NCBI GenBank assembly: GCA_944325105.1
Contig: CALUYW010000010.1
Location: 6,324 to 70,323 of the forward strand
Length of the DNA stretch: 64,000 nt
Direction: 5' to 3'
Source: Candidatus Gastranaerophilales bacterium
GTDB lineage: Bacteria > Cyanobacteriota > Vampirovibrionia > Gastranaerophilales > Gastranaerophilaceae
Within the stretch, counting starts at the first letter, position 1, and every line of letters starts with the position of its first letter. A program made the translations under genes and the position numbers. A model generated the notes under the pieces. That model saw only the letters and a program-made list of their open reading frames with translations. It was not told the origin of the DNA and did no database searches. Below are positions 53,526 to 62,296 of the stretch, in pieces.

Positions 53526-56500
53526 GCGATTATTTTTTCCATATAGCCTTGGATTTTATCAATTTTTACTTCAAGTTCATCCATACGAGAGGACAACTCT
53601 TTTGTTTGTTGCATATTTTCATAAGTTACATCTATAAAAGATGTCGGGTCAAATCCGTTGTTTTGTTTTTGCATTATTAAATTTAGTTTTTCATCCAAAT
53701 CTTCAAGATATGAAATTTGTTTTTTGCTGACCTCTTCGATTTTTGCTCCGTCATGTGATTTTTCAGAGCGTATGAGGCGGGTTTTTATTTCTTCCATGCT
53801 CATGCGCTCGGCGTTCTCTACTTTTTGAGAAAGTGTTTCGAGTCTTTGAGAAGTTGCTTTAAGCCAGCCGCCAAGGTGGGTCATTTGTCCTTCAATATTG
53901 TGATTAAGCTTATTGTTTTCTATATTAATATTCTTAAGCTCAATAAGTCTGCTGATAAATTCTTTGTAATTATCGCCTTTAAGATTTTTTTCTATGCTTA
54001 ATCTTAATTTTGCAATATCCGATTCGACATCTTGAAGCGAGTAAGCATAGTTTGTATCATCCGTCGATGTAATCATGCGGGCCACGTTTGAATTTATTTT
54101 TTCTATATTATTTTCAACATTTGAAACTTTTTGTATCAGGTTGGAAGTTTCGACTTTTGTTTCATCGTTTTTGGTATTGATTACGGTTTCAAATTTATCT
54201 TGCAAATCCATAACCTGAGTTTCAATACATTCTCTCAAGTCTTCACTCAGATTGTTTTTTAAATATTCTACATTTGCCAGATATTCATCAATTTTAGATA
54301 AATACCCGCTTAGTTGAGGATTTTCCTCTATTGAAAACTCATCTTTAGCACCGGAAATTTCATTTATTTTATCGCTTAATTGTTCGATTGTCTCAGAACT
54401 TAGGCGTTCTAAGCGTTCTTTAAGAGTTTCAATAGATTCTTTCAACTCTTCTTCTTTATCAGTGTTGAGTTGAGAAATTTTTTGTTCAAGGTTTTCAAGT
54501 TTTGAATTTATTTCATCATCAAAAACAGCTTTTGGAGGTTCGTCTTGAGTTTGTTCTTCAATTTTTTTGAGAATTTGAGTTCCGTTTGTTTGTATTTCTT
54601 CAAGAAGTTCTTTTGCGTTGTGTATTTGTTGCTGGTTAGCGTGTTCAATTTTTTCAAGTACATTGTTAATGATTTCAAGCACAACATCATTTGAATTTTC
54701 AGATTCTGTTTTTATTTGTGCTGCAAGTACTTTGTTGATTTTTTCTTCTATTATCGCAAAATTTGCTTTGTTGTTTTTGTTTACGCCTAAAATACCCTCA
54801 ATAATGTCACCTTTTAGTGAGTTTAAGTTTATTGCAGGTTCGGTATTTTGCAGACTGGCACTTTTAAAATCAATCAGGAATTCTTCAAGGTTTTCTTTAT
54901 GGGTTTTAAATTCCCTTGATATATTTATGTTTATGTTTTCTACGCTTTCGATTAAATTATTTGAAAAATTCTGTAAATCAATTTTTATTTCATTTAAAGA
55001 TGTTCCGTAAGAATTTATTATTTCTTCTTTTATTTTAAGATTTATGTCCTCGATGTATTCTTTTATGCTCTGTGAAGACTCTTTAAAGCTTTCTTTTAAA
55101 TATTGTATATTTTCACTGTTAACATTTACAAGCTGGTCTCTTAAAACTTCAAACCTTTCAGCTATGGCAGGGATAGTGTCTTTTAATTGTGAAAGAATTT
55201 CAATGTTTGTTCCCAAAAGGACTTTTTCAAGATTTTCTCTCATTTCTTTAAAAGTTTCAAAAATACCTTGAGCAGTGCCTTTTATGTTTTGGTTAACATT
55301 TTCAAAGTTTTCTTTTATTGTTATTTCGTTTAGTTCTTTAAGTGTTTTTTCAATAGGTTCTCTAAAGAGTTTTATGCTGCCTTGGTTTATTTCTGCAATT
55401 TCTTCTTTTAAAGTTTCAATTTTTTGTGTGTAATTTCTTAAATCTTCCTTTAGACTGTTAAGCACATAGTTAAGATTCTCGTTGTTTTCTATATTTTTAT
55501 CACCAAGGGCTTTGTCTAGGTTTGAAAATTCACTTGTTATAAGTGTCGCAACGCTTGACAGAGAATCTTTTGTAATGGTTCTTATGTTGTCTTCTATTGT
55601 TTTTATCTCATCAAGTACCGTATTTTCAGATACTTTGCCCAGATTTTGCTCTAATAGGTCAAGTTTATCTTTTAGGGCGCTTACATCTTCATTCATTTTT
55701 TGTGTTTTTTGAGATAAAGATGCTTCAATATTGTTCTCTACTTTGCTCATTTGTGAGCTTATGAAGTTAATGCCCTGATTTAGTCCGTTTGTATGCTCAA
55801 AAATCTGATTTTTTAAGCCGTCGTCACTTTGTGCCCTGAGTTTAGAAATATTTTCCTGAATTTTTCCTATTAATTCATCTTTATTTGTGGAATTTTGCAG
55901 GCTTAATTTGTCAAAATGTGTTTTAATCTCTCCCTTAAGATTGTTAATATCTTGCAGTGAAGATGTTTGGGAAAGTTTATTTTCAACGGCGTTAAGCGCA
56001 TTTGTAAATTTTTCTGAGTTTTTATTTATAGATTCATCGGTAGAATTGTTGAGTGACCTGAAGTTATCGTTGAGCTGGCTGATTTGCTCTTTTAATTCTC
56101 GTAAATCCTCTTTAGAGCTTGCGTTTGCAACTTTGTCGTTAATTGTGTCGAACTTTTCGCCTATTTGTTTTATATTGGAAATATTTTGTTCAAAAGTTGT
56201 TTCCTTGGAGCGAAAAGCTTCAACAAGACCTGTTAAATCTCTGTACTTATGGTCAATGATAGCAAGGGCGGATATTACCGAGTTTACGTTACCGTTTATT
56301 GTATCAAGCTCTGTGCTGAGATTTTTTAGTTCTTCTTGTGAATTGTAAGCTTTTACTTCGGTTAAAAAATCGGCAAAGTTTTTGTTTAGTGTATGAGTAA
56401 TGTTTTCAAAACCTCTGCTAAAAGCTGCAAATTCGTTACTTAATTTGATTATTTCGTTAAAAGGGCTTGTTGATTTTGAACTTACAAGCGTTTGGTTTAT

Positions 56501-56863
56501 CTTTTGCAGGGCAACTTCCTGATTACCCAGTTTCGAGTACATATCCGTTACTTCAGAGAGTATTTTGGATATTTCCATGGACATCTTGGGGTTAGATATG
56601 GTTTGCGACATTTGTTTTAGGGCATTTTCAAAACCGGTCAATTGTTGGCGGATTTCATATTGCTTTTCTTCAAGTATTTTTCTTGTTTCGTTAATTACTA
56701 TCCCCGTGAACTTTTGAGAATTAACATCTGTTGTGTTTTCAAACTTTTGGGCAAGACTTGTCATCATGTTGCTTATTTCACTGTTTGAAAGCACAGGTTT
56801 TGAATATAAGCTTCTTATAGCATCTGTAAGCTGTTCCAGTTTTAATTCCACATTCTCCGCCAT
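53510..56863 (-). CDS. giant coiled-coil-rich protein (about 1117 aa), unknown function
   Basis: I start at ATG 56863 (MAENVELKLEQ); the track start at 56938 is GTG with no SD. Glu/Lys/Asn/Leu/Ile-rich heptad-like sequence runs throughout. There is no signal peptide, TM helix or Walker A motif. Confidence 0.7.
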   Translation of the reverse strand: MAENVELKLEQLTDAIRSLYSKPVLSNSEISNMMTSLAQKFENTTDVNSQKFTGIVINETRKILEEKQYEIRQQLTGFENALKQMSQTISNPKMSMEISKILSEVTDMYSKLGNQEVALQKINQTLVSSKSTSPFNEIIKLSNEFAAFSRGFENITHTLNKNFADFLTEVKAYNSQEELKNLSTELDTINGNVNSVISALAIIDHKYRDLTGLVEAFRSKETTFEQNISNIKQIGEKFDTINDKVANASSKEDLRELKEQISQLNDNFRSLNNSTDESINKNSEKFTNALNAVENKLSQTSSLQDINNLKGEIKTHFDKLSLQNSTNKDELIGKIQENISKLRAQSDDGLKNQIFEHTNGLNQGINFISSQMSKVENNIEASLSQKTQKMNEDVSALKDKLDLLEQNLGKVSENTVLDEIKTIEDNIRTITKDSLSSVATLITSEFSNLDKALGDKNIENNENLNYVLNSLKEDLRNYTQKIETLKEEIAEINQGSIKLFREPIEKTLKELNEITIKENFENVNQNIKGTAQGIFETFKEMRENLEKVLLGTNIEILSQLKDTIPAIAERFEVLRDQLVNVNSENIQYLKESFKESSQSIKEYIEDINLKIKEEIINSYGTSLNEIKIDLQNFSNNLIESVENININISREFKTHKENLEEFLIDFKSASLQNTEPAINLNSLKGDIIEGILGVNKNNKANFAIIEEKINKVLAAQIKTESENSNDVVLEIINNVLEKIEHANQQQIHNAKELLEEIQTNGTQILKKIEEQTQDEPPKAVFDDEINSKLENLEQKISQLNTDKEEELKESIETLKERLERLSSETIEQLSDKINEISGAKDEFSIEENPQLSGYLSKIDEYLANVEYLKNNLSEDLRECIETQVMDLQDKFETVINTKNDETKVETSNLIQKVSNVENNIEKINSNVARMITSTDDTNYAYSLQDVESDIAKLRLSIEKNLKGDNYKEFISRLIELKNINIENNKLNHNIEGQMTHLGGWLKATSQRLETLSQKVENAERMSMEEIKTRLIRSEKSHDGAKIEEVSKKQISYLEDLDEKLNLIMQKQNNGFDPTSFIDVTYENMQQTKELSSRMDELEVKIDKIQGYMEKIIAYIEE

Positions 56864-57005
56864 AAACCCTAAAAAATCCTCTTTAAAAAATACCCTTTTT
56901 ATTCGACATTTTAATACAAAAGTACTAAATTTTGCCACTTTATGAAGATATTACTTCTCTGCTCCGTTACAATTCTTTACTTCACGTTAAAATCCAAGGC
57001 GTTTT

Positions 57006-57033
57006 TTGCTAGTATATTTCTGTAGGATAGAAT
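57006..57033 (+). promoter_or_regulatory. sigma-70-type promoter
   Basis: TTGCTA (57006-57011), 16-nt spacer, TAGAAT (57028-57033). It lies upstream of the GTG at 57056, which has a GGTGG SD. Confidence 0.4.
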
Positions 57034-57055
57034 AAAGATAAGTGATGGTGGACAA

Positions 57056-59251
57056 GTGCTAAATTTAATTAACCCCAAAAAGAGTTGTGAGCATGATTTT
57101 TTGCACAATTTTGATATTAACTCACAATTTACAAAGTTAAAAGAAATATACGGCATAAGCGATATTTCACCCGAGAGAAAAGAATATCTTTCAAAAACAA
57201 TTCAAAAATACGGATATCTTCCCTACCCTCATTTTAAAACTCTTGAAGAGTTAAGCAGCGGCGAGATTATTTTTGCATTTTGCGAAAAATTAAAATTTGA
57301 AGGCACATACGACGGGGAAAAATTTATACACTTTTCTAACCCTTCGCCCCTTGCAAGAAGAAAAGTAAAACATTCTAACTGGTTTAAAAAAGAAGGACAC
57401 AATATAAAACTTCTATCACTTGCAGGTCTTGGCTCTGACCCAAATTGTGCGGGAAAATTTATCGACCGGTTGGCTGCAGTTTTAAGTCTTGATTGCGGTA
57501 ACAAAGACTTAAATATCATGCCTGCGACTTTGTATTTAATACCCTTTCACCCTCGCGAATTTGAATGTGCGTATTTGCCAAAGTCATCCGATGTATCAAA
57601 AAATCTTGAAGATGAAAAAGTGGCTAAGTTCTTGGGACTAAATGCTAAAGAGCAGGTAAAATTCTTCATCACTCTTGCTCAACTTGCAGGACACCCTGTG
57701 ATATATGATGTTTTGCCTCAAACGGGCAGATTTTCAAAAATTGTACTTACAAACCCCTATGTTGCAAGATGGTTTGATATTAAAGAGTTGGATGAAAATA
57801 TCGCAAACTTTAAAAAAGCACTTAAAGCAAATCAAACAAAAACGCCCGAGGATGATTTAAGAGAGTATAAGATTTTAATATCCTATAAAATGTCTTTTAA
57901 AGATAAACAGGAAGAACTCTCAGCGCGCGCGCAAGAGATAATTGAGCGTGTTAACGGTAAAAAACCAAAGTGCGAAGAAGACATAGTTTGTCAGGATGAA
58001 ATAATAAAAGCCCTCACACAAGAAGGTCTTTGGCCCTCCCCAGGCGGCGCTTGGTGCTCAGCAGGAGTTCCCGTGTATGATAAAATGCACAAGTCGGGCG
58101 AATATCCCACCTTTAAACACTATAATTACAAAGGCGAAGATGTAACTCACTTTGCAAATCTTGACTGTCAAACGCCTTATTACTTTGTTTTCTTTGAAAA
58201 ACACAAATTTAACAAAAAGGTTGTGGACTTTTTTGTGGATTATATGGAAAATCTTCAAAAAGAATACAACTTTGACGGCTTTAGAGTGGACCATATTGAC
58301 CATGTGGTAGATGAAGTTTCACAAAAAAATAACATGCCAATAAGTTACAGAGCTCCTTATAAAGTGCTTGCAAAGATGAATGCAAAAATAAAAAGGCACA
58401 TTCCATACTTTGCAACTCTTGCAGAATATATGCTCTGGGATGGGTATTTTAAGGAATACCACGCTGATATGCACTTTGACCTTCTGTGGGGTGATGATAT
58501 TGTAAGCCAATACAGTAAAACTCCCGAGCAGATAATAAACGATAACATGCGCCTTGAAATATACAATACAAAAGGTTCAAAGACTAATCCGCTCTCCATT
58601 TTAAAAGCTTATAACAACCAAGACGGCGAATTTAGGGAAATTGACCAATACCCCGGTCAGCTGGGCGAATCAGGGGCATTGTTTAAATGGTTTAAATACA
58701 AATTCCTCCCCGGCGGCAAATTTGCTCAACGCTCTACACTATACGTTGACGGGGATGAAAGCTTTACAAAGACAGGCATAGAGCGCATTATAGGTAAAGA
58801 AGTTTCAATGGATAGAAACAAAAACTGGAGCTTCTGGGAAAAATTTAACGCTATAAACTACTTTGCTCAACACAGTGAAATCCTGTCTCGAGGTAAGGCA
58901 ATTTTGCATGTTCAAAGTGATGACGGTTTTTGCTGCTGGGAAGTAATAAGCGACAAAAACCCTAAAGAAAGCCTTTTTGTTGTAGCAAATTACTTTTCTC
59001 CTACAGAAAAAGTTAACGTGGTTGATATAAACGGTCACACAAGAAGAATGACAAAAAAAGGCAAAGCGGTATTAAATAAAACGATTAAGCTTAAAGATAA
59101 CAAAAGATTAAGCGCCTTTTATGATTTTAAGTTGGATGAAATGCAAAAATGCACTTTAACTGAAATTCCTATGCAGGAAGAAATTACAGGCTCAATAACC
59201 TTTGATATTCTCCAGCCTGCCGAATTTAAAATCTATAAAATGGTTAAATAA
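57056..59251 (+). CDS. GH13-like (clan GH-H) alpha-glucan-active enzyme
   Basis: 731 aa. Region II-like FDGFRVDHIDHV, region III-like TLAEYMLW and region IV-like AYNNQDGE. The subfamily is unclear. Confidence 0.65.
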   Translation: MLNLINPKKSCEHDFLHNFDINSQFTKLKEIYGISDISPERKEYLSKTIQKYGYLPYPHFKTLEELSSGEIIFAFCEKLKFEGTYDGEKFIHFSNPSPLARRKVKHSNWFKKEGHNIKLLSLAGLGSDPNCAGKFIDRLAAVLSLDCGNKDLNIMPATLYLIPFHPREFECAYLPKSSDVSKNLEDEKVAKFLGLNAKEQVKFFITLAQLAGHPVIYDVLPQTGRFSKIVLTNPYVARWFDIKELDENIANFKKALKANQTKTPEDDLREYKILISYKMSFKDKQEELSARAQEIIERVNGKKPKCEEDIVCQDEIIKALTQEGLWPSPGGAWCSAGVPVYDKMHKSGEYPTFKHYNYKGEDVTHFANLDCQTPYYFVFFEKHKFNKKVVDFFVDYMENLQKEYNFDGFRVDHIDHVVDEVSQKNNMPISYRAPYKVLAKMNAKIKRHIPYFATLAEYMLWDGYFKEYHADMHFDLLWGDDIVSQYSKTPEQIINDNMRLEIYNTKGSKTNPLSILKAYNNQDGEFREIDQYPGQLGESGALFKWFKYKFLPGGKFAQRSTLYVDGDESFTKTGIERIIGKEVSMDRNKNWSFWEKFNAINYFAQHSEILSRGKAILHVQSDDGFCCWEVISDKNPKESLFVVANYFSPTEKVNVVDINGHTRRMTKKGKAVLNKTIKLKDNKRLSAFYDFKLDEMQKCTLTEIPMQEEITGSITFDILQPAEFKIYKMVK

Positions 59252-59257
59252 CTATTT

Positions 59258-59285
59258 AAGCCCCTCAAAAAAAGAGGGGCTTTTT
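59258..59285 (+). terminator. intrinsic terminator of the GH13-like gene
   Basis: AAGCCCCTC-AAAAAAA-GAGGGGCTT (59258-59282), followed by TTT. Confidence 0.65.
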
Positions 59286-59314
59286 AAAAATAAAAAGCAG
59301 CCAAATTGGCTGCT
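59286..59314 (-). terminator. intrinsic terminator of the 59362..59865 gene
   Basis: An 8-bp stem AGCAGCCA/TGGCTGCT (59296-59314) is followed on the minus strand by TTTTTATTTTT. Confidence 0.55.
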
Positions 59315-59361
59315 AAAATTAGAACAATAGAGGAGGAGAATAATAGAGTAATGCTTTTTAA

Positions 59362-59865
59362 TTAAGCGAAAATGTTAAGAGGTTCTTTTTCTTCTTTTTC
59401 GCTTGATTGTTGAGGTTTGTATGCAAACGGGTTAGAGCCTTTTGCATCTTTGTTGAGGTTAGCTATTTGATACAAGTCAACTCTTTGAGTTTGAGGTTCA
59501 ACGATGTTGATTGCTTCAACTTCTGAGTTAGCAGGTACAAAAAGTTTTCCTTCAACATTTTTTGCAACATTGTTTCCGCCGTAAAGTGCGCTTGCTGCTT
59601 GAGAGTTTAAGTATGATGTGTTGATGTTTTGAGTGTTTAGACCTGATTGAGCGATGGCAATTTGTCTTTGTAATTCAACGCTTGTTTTAGGATTGTAAAG
59701 GTCAACACCTAATGTGGGGCGTTTGAATTGAGATAAATCAGCTTTTGAAAGGTCGATTGTTTTTTCTGCAGCACGTGAGAAAATTTCGCCTGATACTTTT
59801 GCAGCGTTTACGCTGTCGATGCCTGCAAATAAATTCTGATTTAATCCAAGTCCTGTTACACTCAT
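59362..59865 (-). CDS. hypothetical protein under a sigma-28-type promoter (candidate late flagellar gene)
   Basis: 167 aa, Asn/Gln/Ala/Ser-rich, with no signal peptide. It has its own promoter and terminator. Confidence 0.6.
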   Translation of the reverse strand: MSVTGLGLNQNLFAGIDSVNAAKVSGEIFSRAAEKTIDLSKADLSQFKRPTLGVDLYNPKTSVELQRQIAIAQSGLNTQNINTSYLNSQAASALYGGNNVAKNVEGKLFVPANSEVEAINIVEPQTQRVDLYQIANLNKDAKGSNPFAYKPQQSSEKEEKEPLNIFA

Positions 59866-59901
59866 TTGAGTTCTTTCTACTCCATTGTTCTTATGTTTTA
59901 C

Positions 59902-59928
59902 TTATCGGCTGATTTTTTTCAACATTTA
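59902..59928 (-). promoter_or_regulatory. sigma-28 (FliA/SigD)-type promoter
   Basis: The minus strand reads TAAA (59928-59925), exactly 15 nt, then GCCGATAA (59909-59902). This is a full match to the enterobacterial -10 consensus, about 36 nt upstream of the ATG at 59865. Confidence 0.6.
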
Positions 59929-60020
59929 GGTTTTAGAGTTTATTTGTTACATATGTTTACACAAATGACACAAATTAATTTTATTTAGGTTATAATTATC
60001 TCAAAAGGAACTTAATTCAG

Positions 60021-60059
60021 ATGAATTTAAAGACGTCAAAAATTAAATATATAGCTTAA
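60021..60059 (+). CDS. candidate 12-codon leader peptide of the pyr operon
   Basis: ATG at 60021, 11 nt after AAAGGAA. It encodes MNLKTSKIKYIA, and the stop TAA at 60057-60059 sits 1 nt before the terminator stem. Confidence 0.3.
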   Translation: MNLKTSKIKYIA

Positions 60060-60060
60060 A

Positions 60061-60087
60061 AAAGAAAGGTTTTGCCTTTCTTTTTTT
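60061..60087 (+). terminator. attenuator-like terminator in the pyrK leader
   Basis: AAAGAAAGG (60061-60069) pairs with CCTTTCTTT (60075-60083) across the loop TTTTG, then TTTT. It lies 12 nt before the pyrK ATG and downstream of a TATAAT at 59991-59996. Confidence 0.5.
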
Positions 60088-60098
60088 ATGGGAAAAAA

Positions 60099-60815
60099 AT
60101 GAAAAAGATTAAAAAAGGTACAGTAGAAAAAATTGAAAAAATAGCTCAAGACACATACGCTCTTGAGATTTCATCAGATATAAAAGAGGCTCACGCAGGG
60201 CAGTTTATATCGATTTTATGCCCTCCAAAGACCCTAAGACGCCCATTTAGCATTAAAGGCTTTAAAGACGGGAAAATTCAGGTTTTCTTTAAAGTAAAGG
60301 GCGAGGGAACAAATTACATAAAATCTCTTAAAGTTGGCGATAGTGTAGATTTTATGGGCGCTTTAGGCACGGGTTTTAATATTGAAAACAAAAAATCCCT
60401 CCTTGTGGGCGCAGGCATCGGTATAGCGCCTATGTTGTTTTTAAAAGACGAACTGAATTCAAAAGGTATTGAAAACTTTTTAATTACAGGTTTTAAAGCG
60501 CAAAATGAAGTTATAGAAGGCTCAGATAAAACAGTAATTGGCGGCTCAGTGATTGATTATCTGGATGAAATAATAAAAGAGTTTAAGCCTCAGGTGATAT
60601 ACTCTTGCGGGCCTGAGATTGTTTTAAAACTTGTTAATCAAAAAGCGCTTGAGCACAATATAGACGCTTTTGTAGCTATGGAAAAGGTTTTTGCCTGTCA
60701 GGTCGGTGTTTGCAGGGGTTGTGTAATTAAGGTGAAAAAAGACGGCAAGGTACAAAATGCGACCATTTGCCATGATGGGCCGGTGTTTAAGTCAAGTGAG
60801 GTAGTATGGGAATAA
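60099..60815 (+). CDS. pyrK: dihydroorotate dehydrogenase B electron-transfer subunit
   Basis: I start at ATG 60099 (MKKIKKGTV); the track start at 60072 is TTG and lies inside the terminator stem. It has the FAD/NAD domain RRPFS and the 2Fe-2S motif CQVGVCRGC...CHDGPVF. Confidence 0.9.
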   Translation: MKKIKKGTVEKIEKIAQDTYALEISSDIKEAHAGQFISILCPPKTLRRPFSIKGFKDGKIQVFFKVKGEGTNYIKSLKVGDSVDFMGALGTGFNIENKKSLLVGAGIGIAPMLFLKDELNSKGIENFLITGFKAQNEVIEGSDKTVIGGSVIDYLDEIIKEFKPQVIYSCGPEIVLKLVNQKALEHNIDAFVAMEKVFACQVGVCRGCVIKVKKDGKVQNATICHDGPVFKSSEVVWE

Positions 60816-61717
60816 AAATAGCTGATTTTGAAATGAAAACCCCGATAATTGCAGCCTCAGGGACTTTTGGCTACGCAGACGAGTATGAGGACTTTTGCGA
60901 CGTATCTCAAATAGGCGCTATAGCAACAAAAGGCATTACTCTTGAACCGAGATTGGGTAATGAGGGAGATAGGATTTTTGAAACAGATTGCGGCATGATA
61001 AACCGCATAGGGCTTGAAAATATCGGTATAGAGCGATTTATAGAAGAGAAAATCCCTATTCTTAAAAAGAAAAATATCACATACATCCTAAACGCCGCAG
61101 GAAGTACAATAGAAGATTATGCTCAACTTGCTTCTATTGCAAATAAAGCGGGAATTGAGGCAATTGAACTTAATGTTTCCTGTCCTAACGTAAAATCAGG
61201 CTGCTTGGAATTTGGAGTAGATTCAAATTCTCTCTACGAGCTTGTTTTAAAGGTAAGAAAAAATTATGACGGATGTCTGATAGTAAAATTGACCCCTAAT
61301 GTCACAAGCATTGAATCTTTAGCTTTAGCGGTTGAAAAAGCAGGCGCTGACGCTATAAGCGCCATAAACACCCTAAAAGGGCTCGGTATAAAAATAGATT
61401 ATATAAACGGAAAATTTTACAAAAAAGAAGTTCAGGGCGGACTTTCGGGTAAGTGCATTAAACCTGTTGCTCTTGCAATGGTTAAGAGAATTCGCTCCGC
61501 TGTAAAACTTCCTATTATAGGTATGGGCGGTATTTCTCGACTTTCTGATTTATTTGAATTTATAAGCGCAGGCGCTGACGCTTTTGAAGTGGGCACACAC
61601 AACTTTACTCAGTGTGATGCCTGTGTATCTTTGGCCTTGGAGCTTGAAGAATTTATGAGGGAAAATAAATTTAGTACTTTTGAAGATTTAAAAACAGTAA
61701 TAAAGGAGATAAACTAA
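60806..61717 (+). CDS. pyrD: dihydroorotate dehydrogenase B catalytic subunit
   Basis: 303 aa. Motifs IIAASGTFGY, IELNVSCPNV and GMGGI. Confidence 0.93.
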   Translation: MGIKIADFEMKTPIIAASGTFGYADEYEDFCDVSQIGAIATKGITLEPRLGNEGDRIFETDCGMINRIGLENIGIERFIEEKIPILKKKNITYILNAAGSTIEDYAQLASIANKAGIEAIELNVSCPNVKSGCLEFGVDSNSLYELVLKVRKNYDGCLIVKLTPNVTSIESLALAVEKAGADAISAINTLKGLGIKIDYINGKFYKKEVQGGLSGKCIKPVALAMVKRIRSAVKLPIIGMGGISRLSDLFEFISAGADAFEVGTHNFTQCDACVSLALELEEFMRENKFSTFEDLKTVIKEIN

Positions 61718-62292
61718 TGGAGCAAACAGACGTAAAACAGCTTCTTGTAGACTTTGACGGTCTTTTAAACGGGCACTTTTGCCTAACTTCGGGGCTGCAC
61801 TCGGATACTTATTTTCAATGTGCAAAATTATACCAATACCCGCCTGTTGTAAAGACTCTTGCTCAAGAACTTGCAAAAAAACTCAAAGGGCTTGAGTTCG
61901 ATACCGTTGTCTCACCTGCAATAGGGGCAATAATTTTTGGTTACGAAGTTGCAGCTGCAACGGACAAGAGAAATCTTTTCGTTGAGAGAAAAGACGGTCA
62001 AATGCAGCTAAGACGAGGTTATATCCTAAAAAAAGGTGAAAGAGTTTTAATTATTGAAGATGTTATCACAACTGCAAGAACAATCTTTGAAACAATAGAT
62101 GCCTTAAAAGAGTTTGAAGTTGAAGTAGCAGGGGTGGCTTGTATTGTAGACAGGTCAGCGGGAAAACTCAAAGACAAGCTGAATATCACATCTTTACTTC
62201 AGGTTGAGCCTGTGACATACACGCCTGAAGAGTGTCCGTTGTGCAAATTAGGCATAGAAATTACAAAGCCCGGTAGCCGTGTCGGAAAGTAG
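61717..62292 (+). CDS. pyrE: orotate phosphoribosyltransferase
   Basis: 191 aa. It has GHFCLTSGLHSDTYFQ and the PRPP motif VLIIEDVITTART. Confidence 0.92.
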   Translation: MEQTDVKQLLVDFDGLLNGHFCLTSGLHSDTYFQCAKLYQYPPVVKTLAQELAKKLKGLEFDTVVSPAIGAIIFGYEVAAATDKRNLFVERKDGQMQLRRGYILKKGERVLIIEDVITTARTIFETIDALKEFEVEVAGVACIVDRSAGKLKDKLNITSLLQVEPVTYTPEECPLCKLGIEITKPGSRVGK

Positions 62293-62296
62293 TGAA

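Noticed and set aside
53510-56938. Annotating the giant coiled-coil protein as SMC, or as a chromosome segregation ATPase.
   Set aside because: No GxxxxGK[ST] Walker A, signature or Walker B motifs occur at either end. Only coiled-coil sequence is present.
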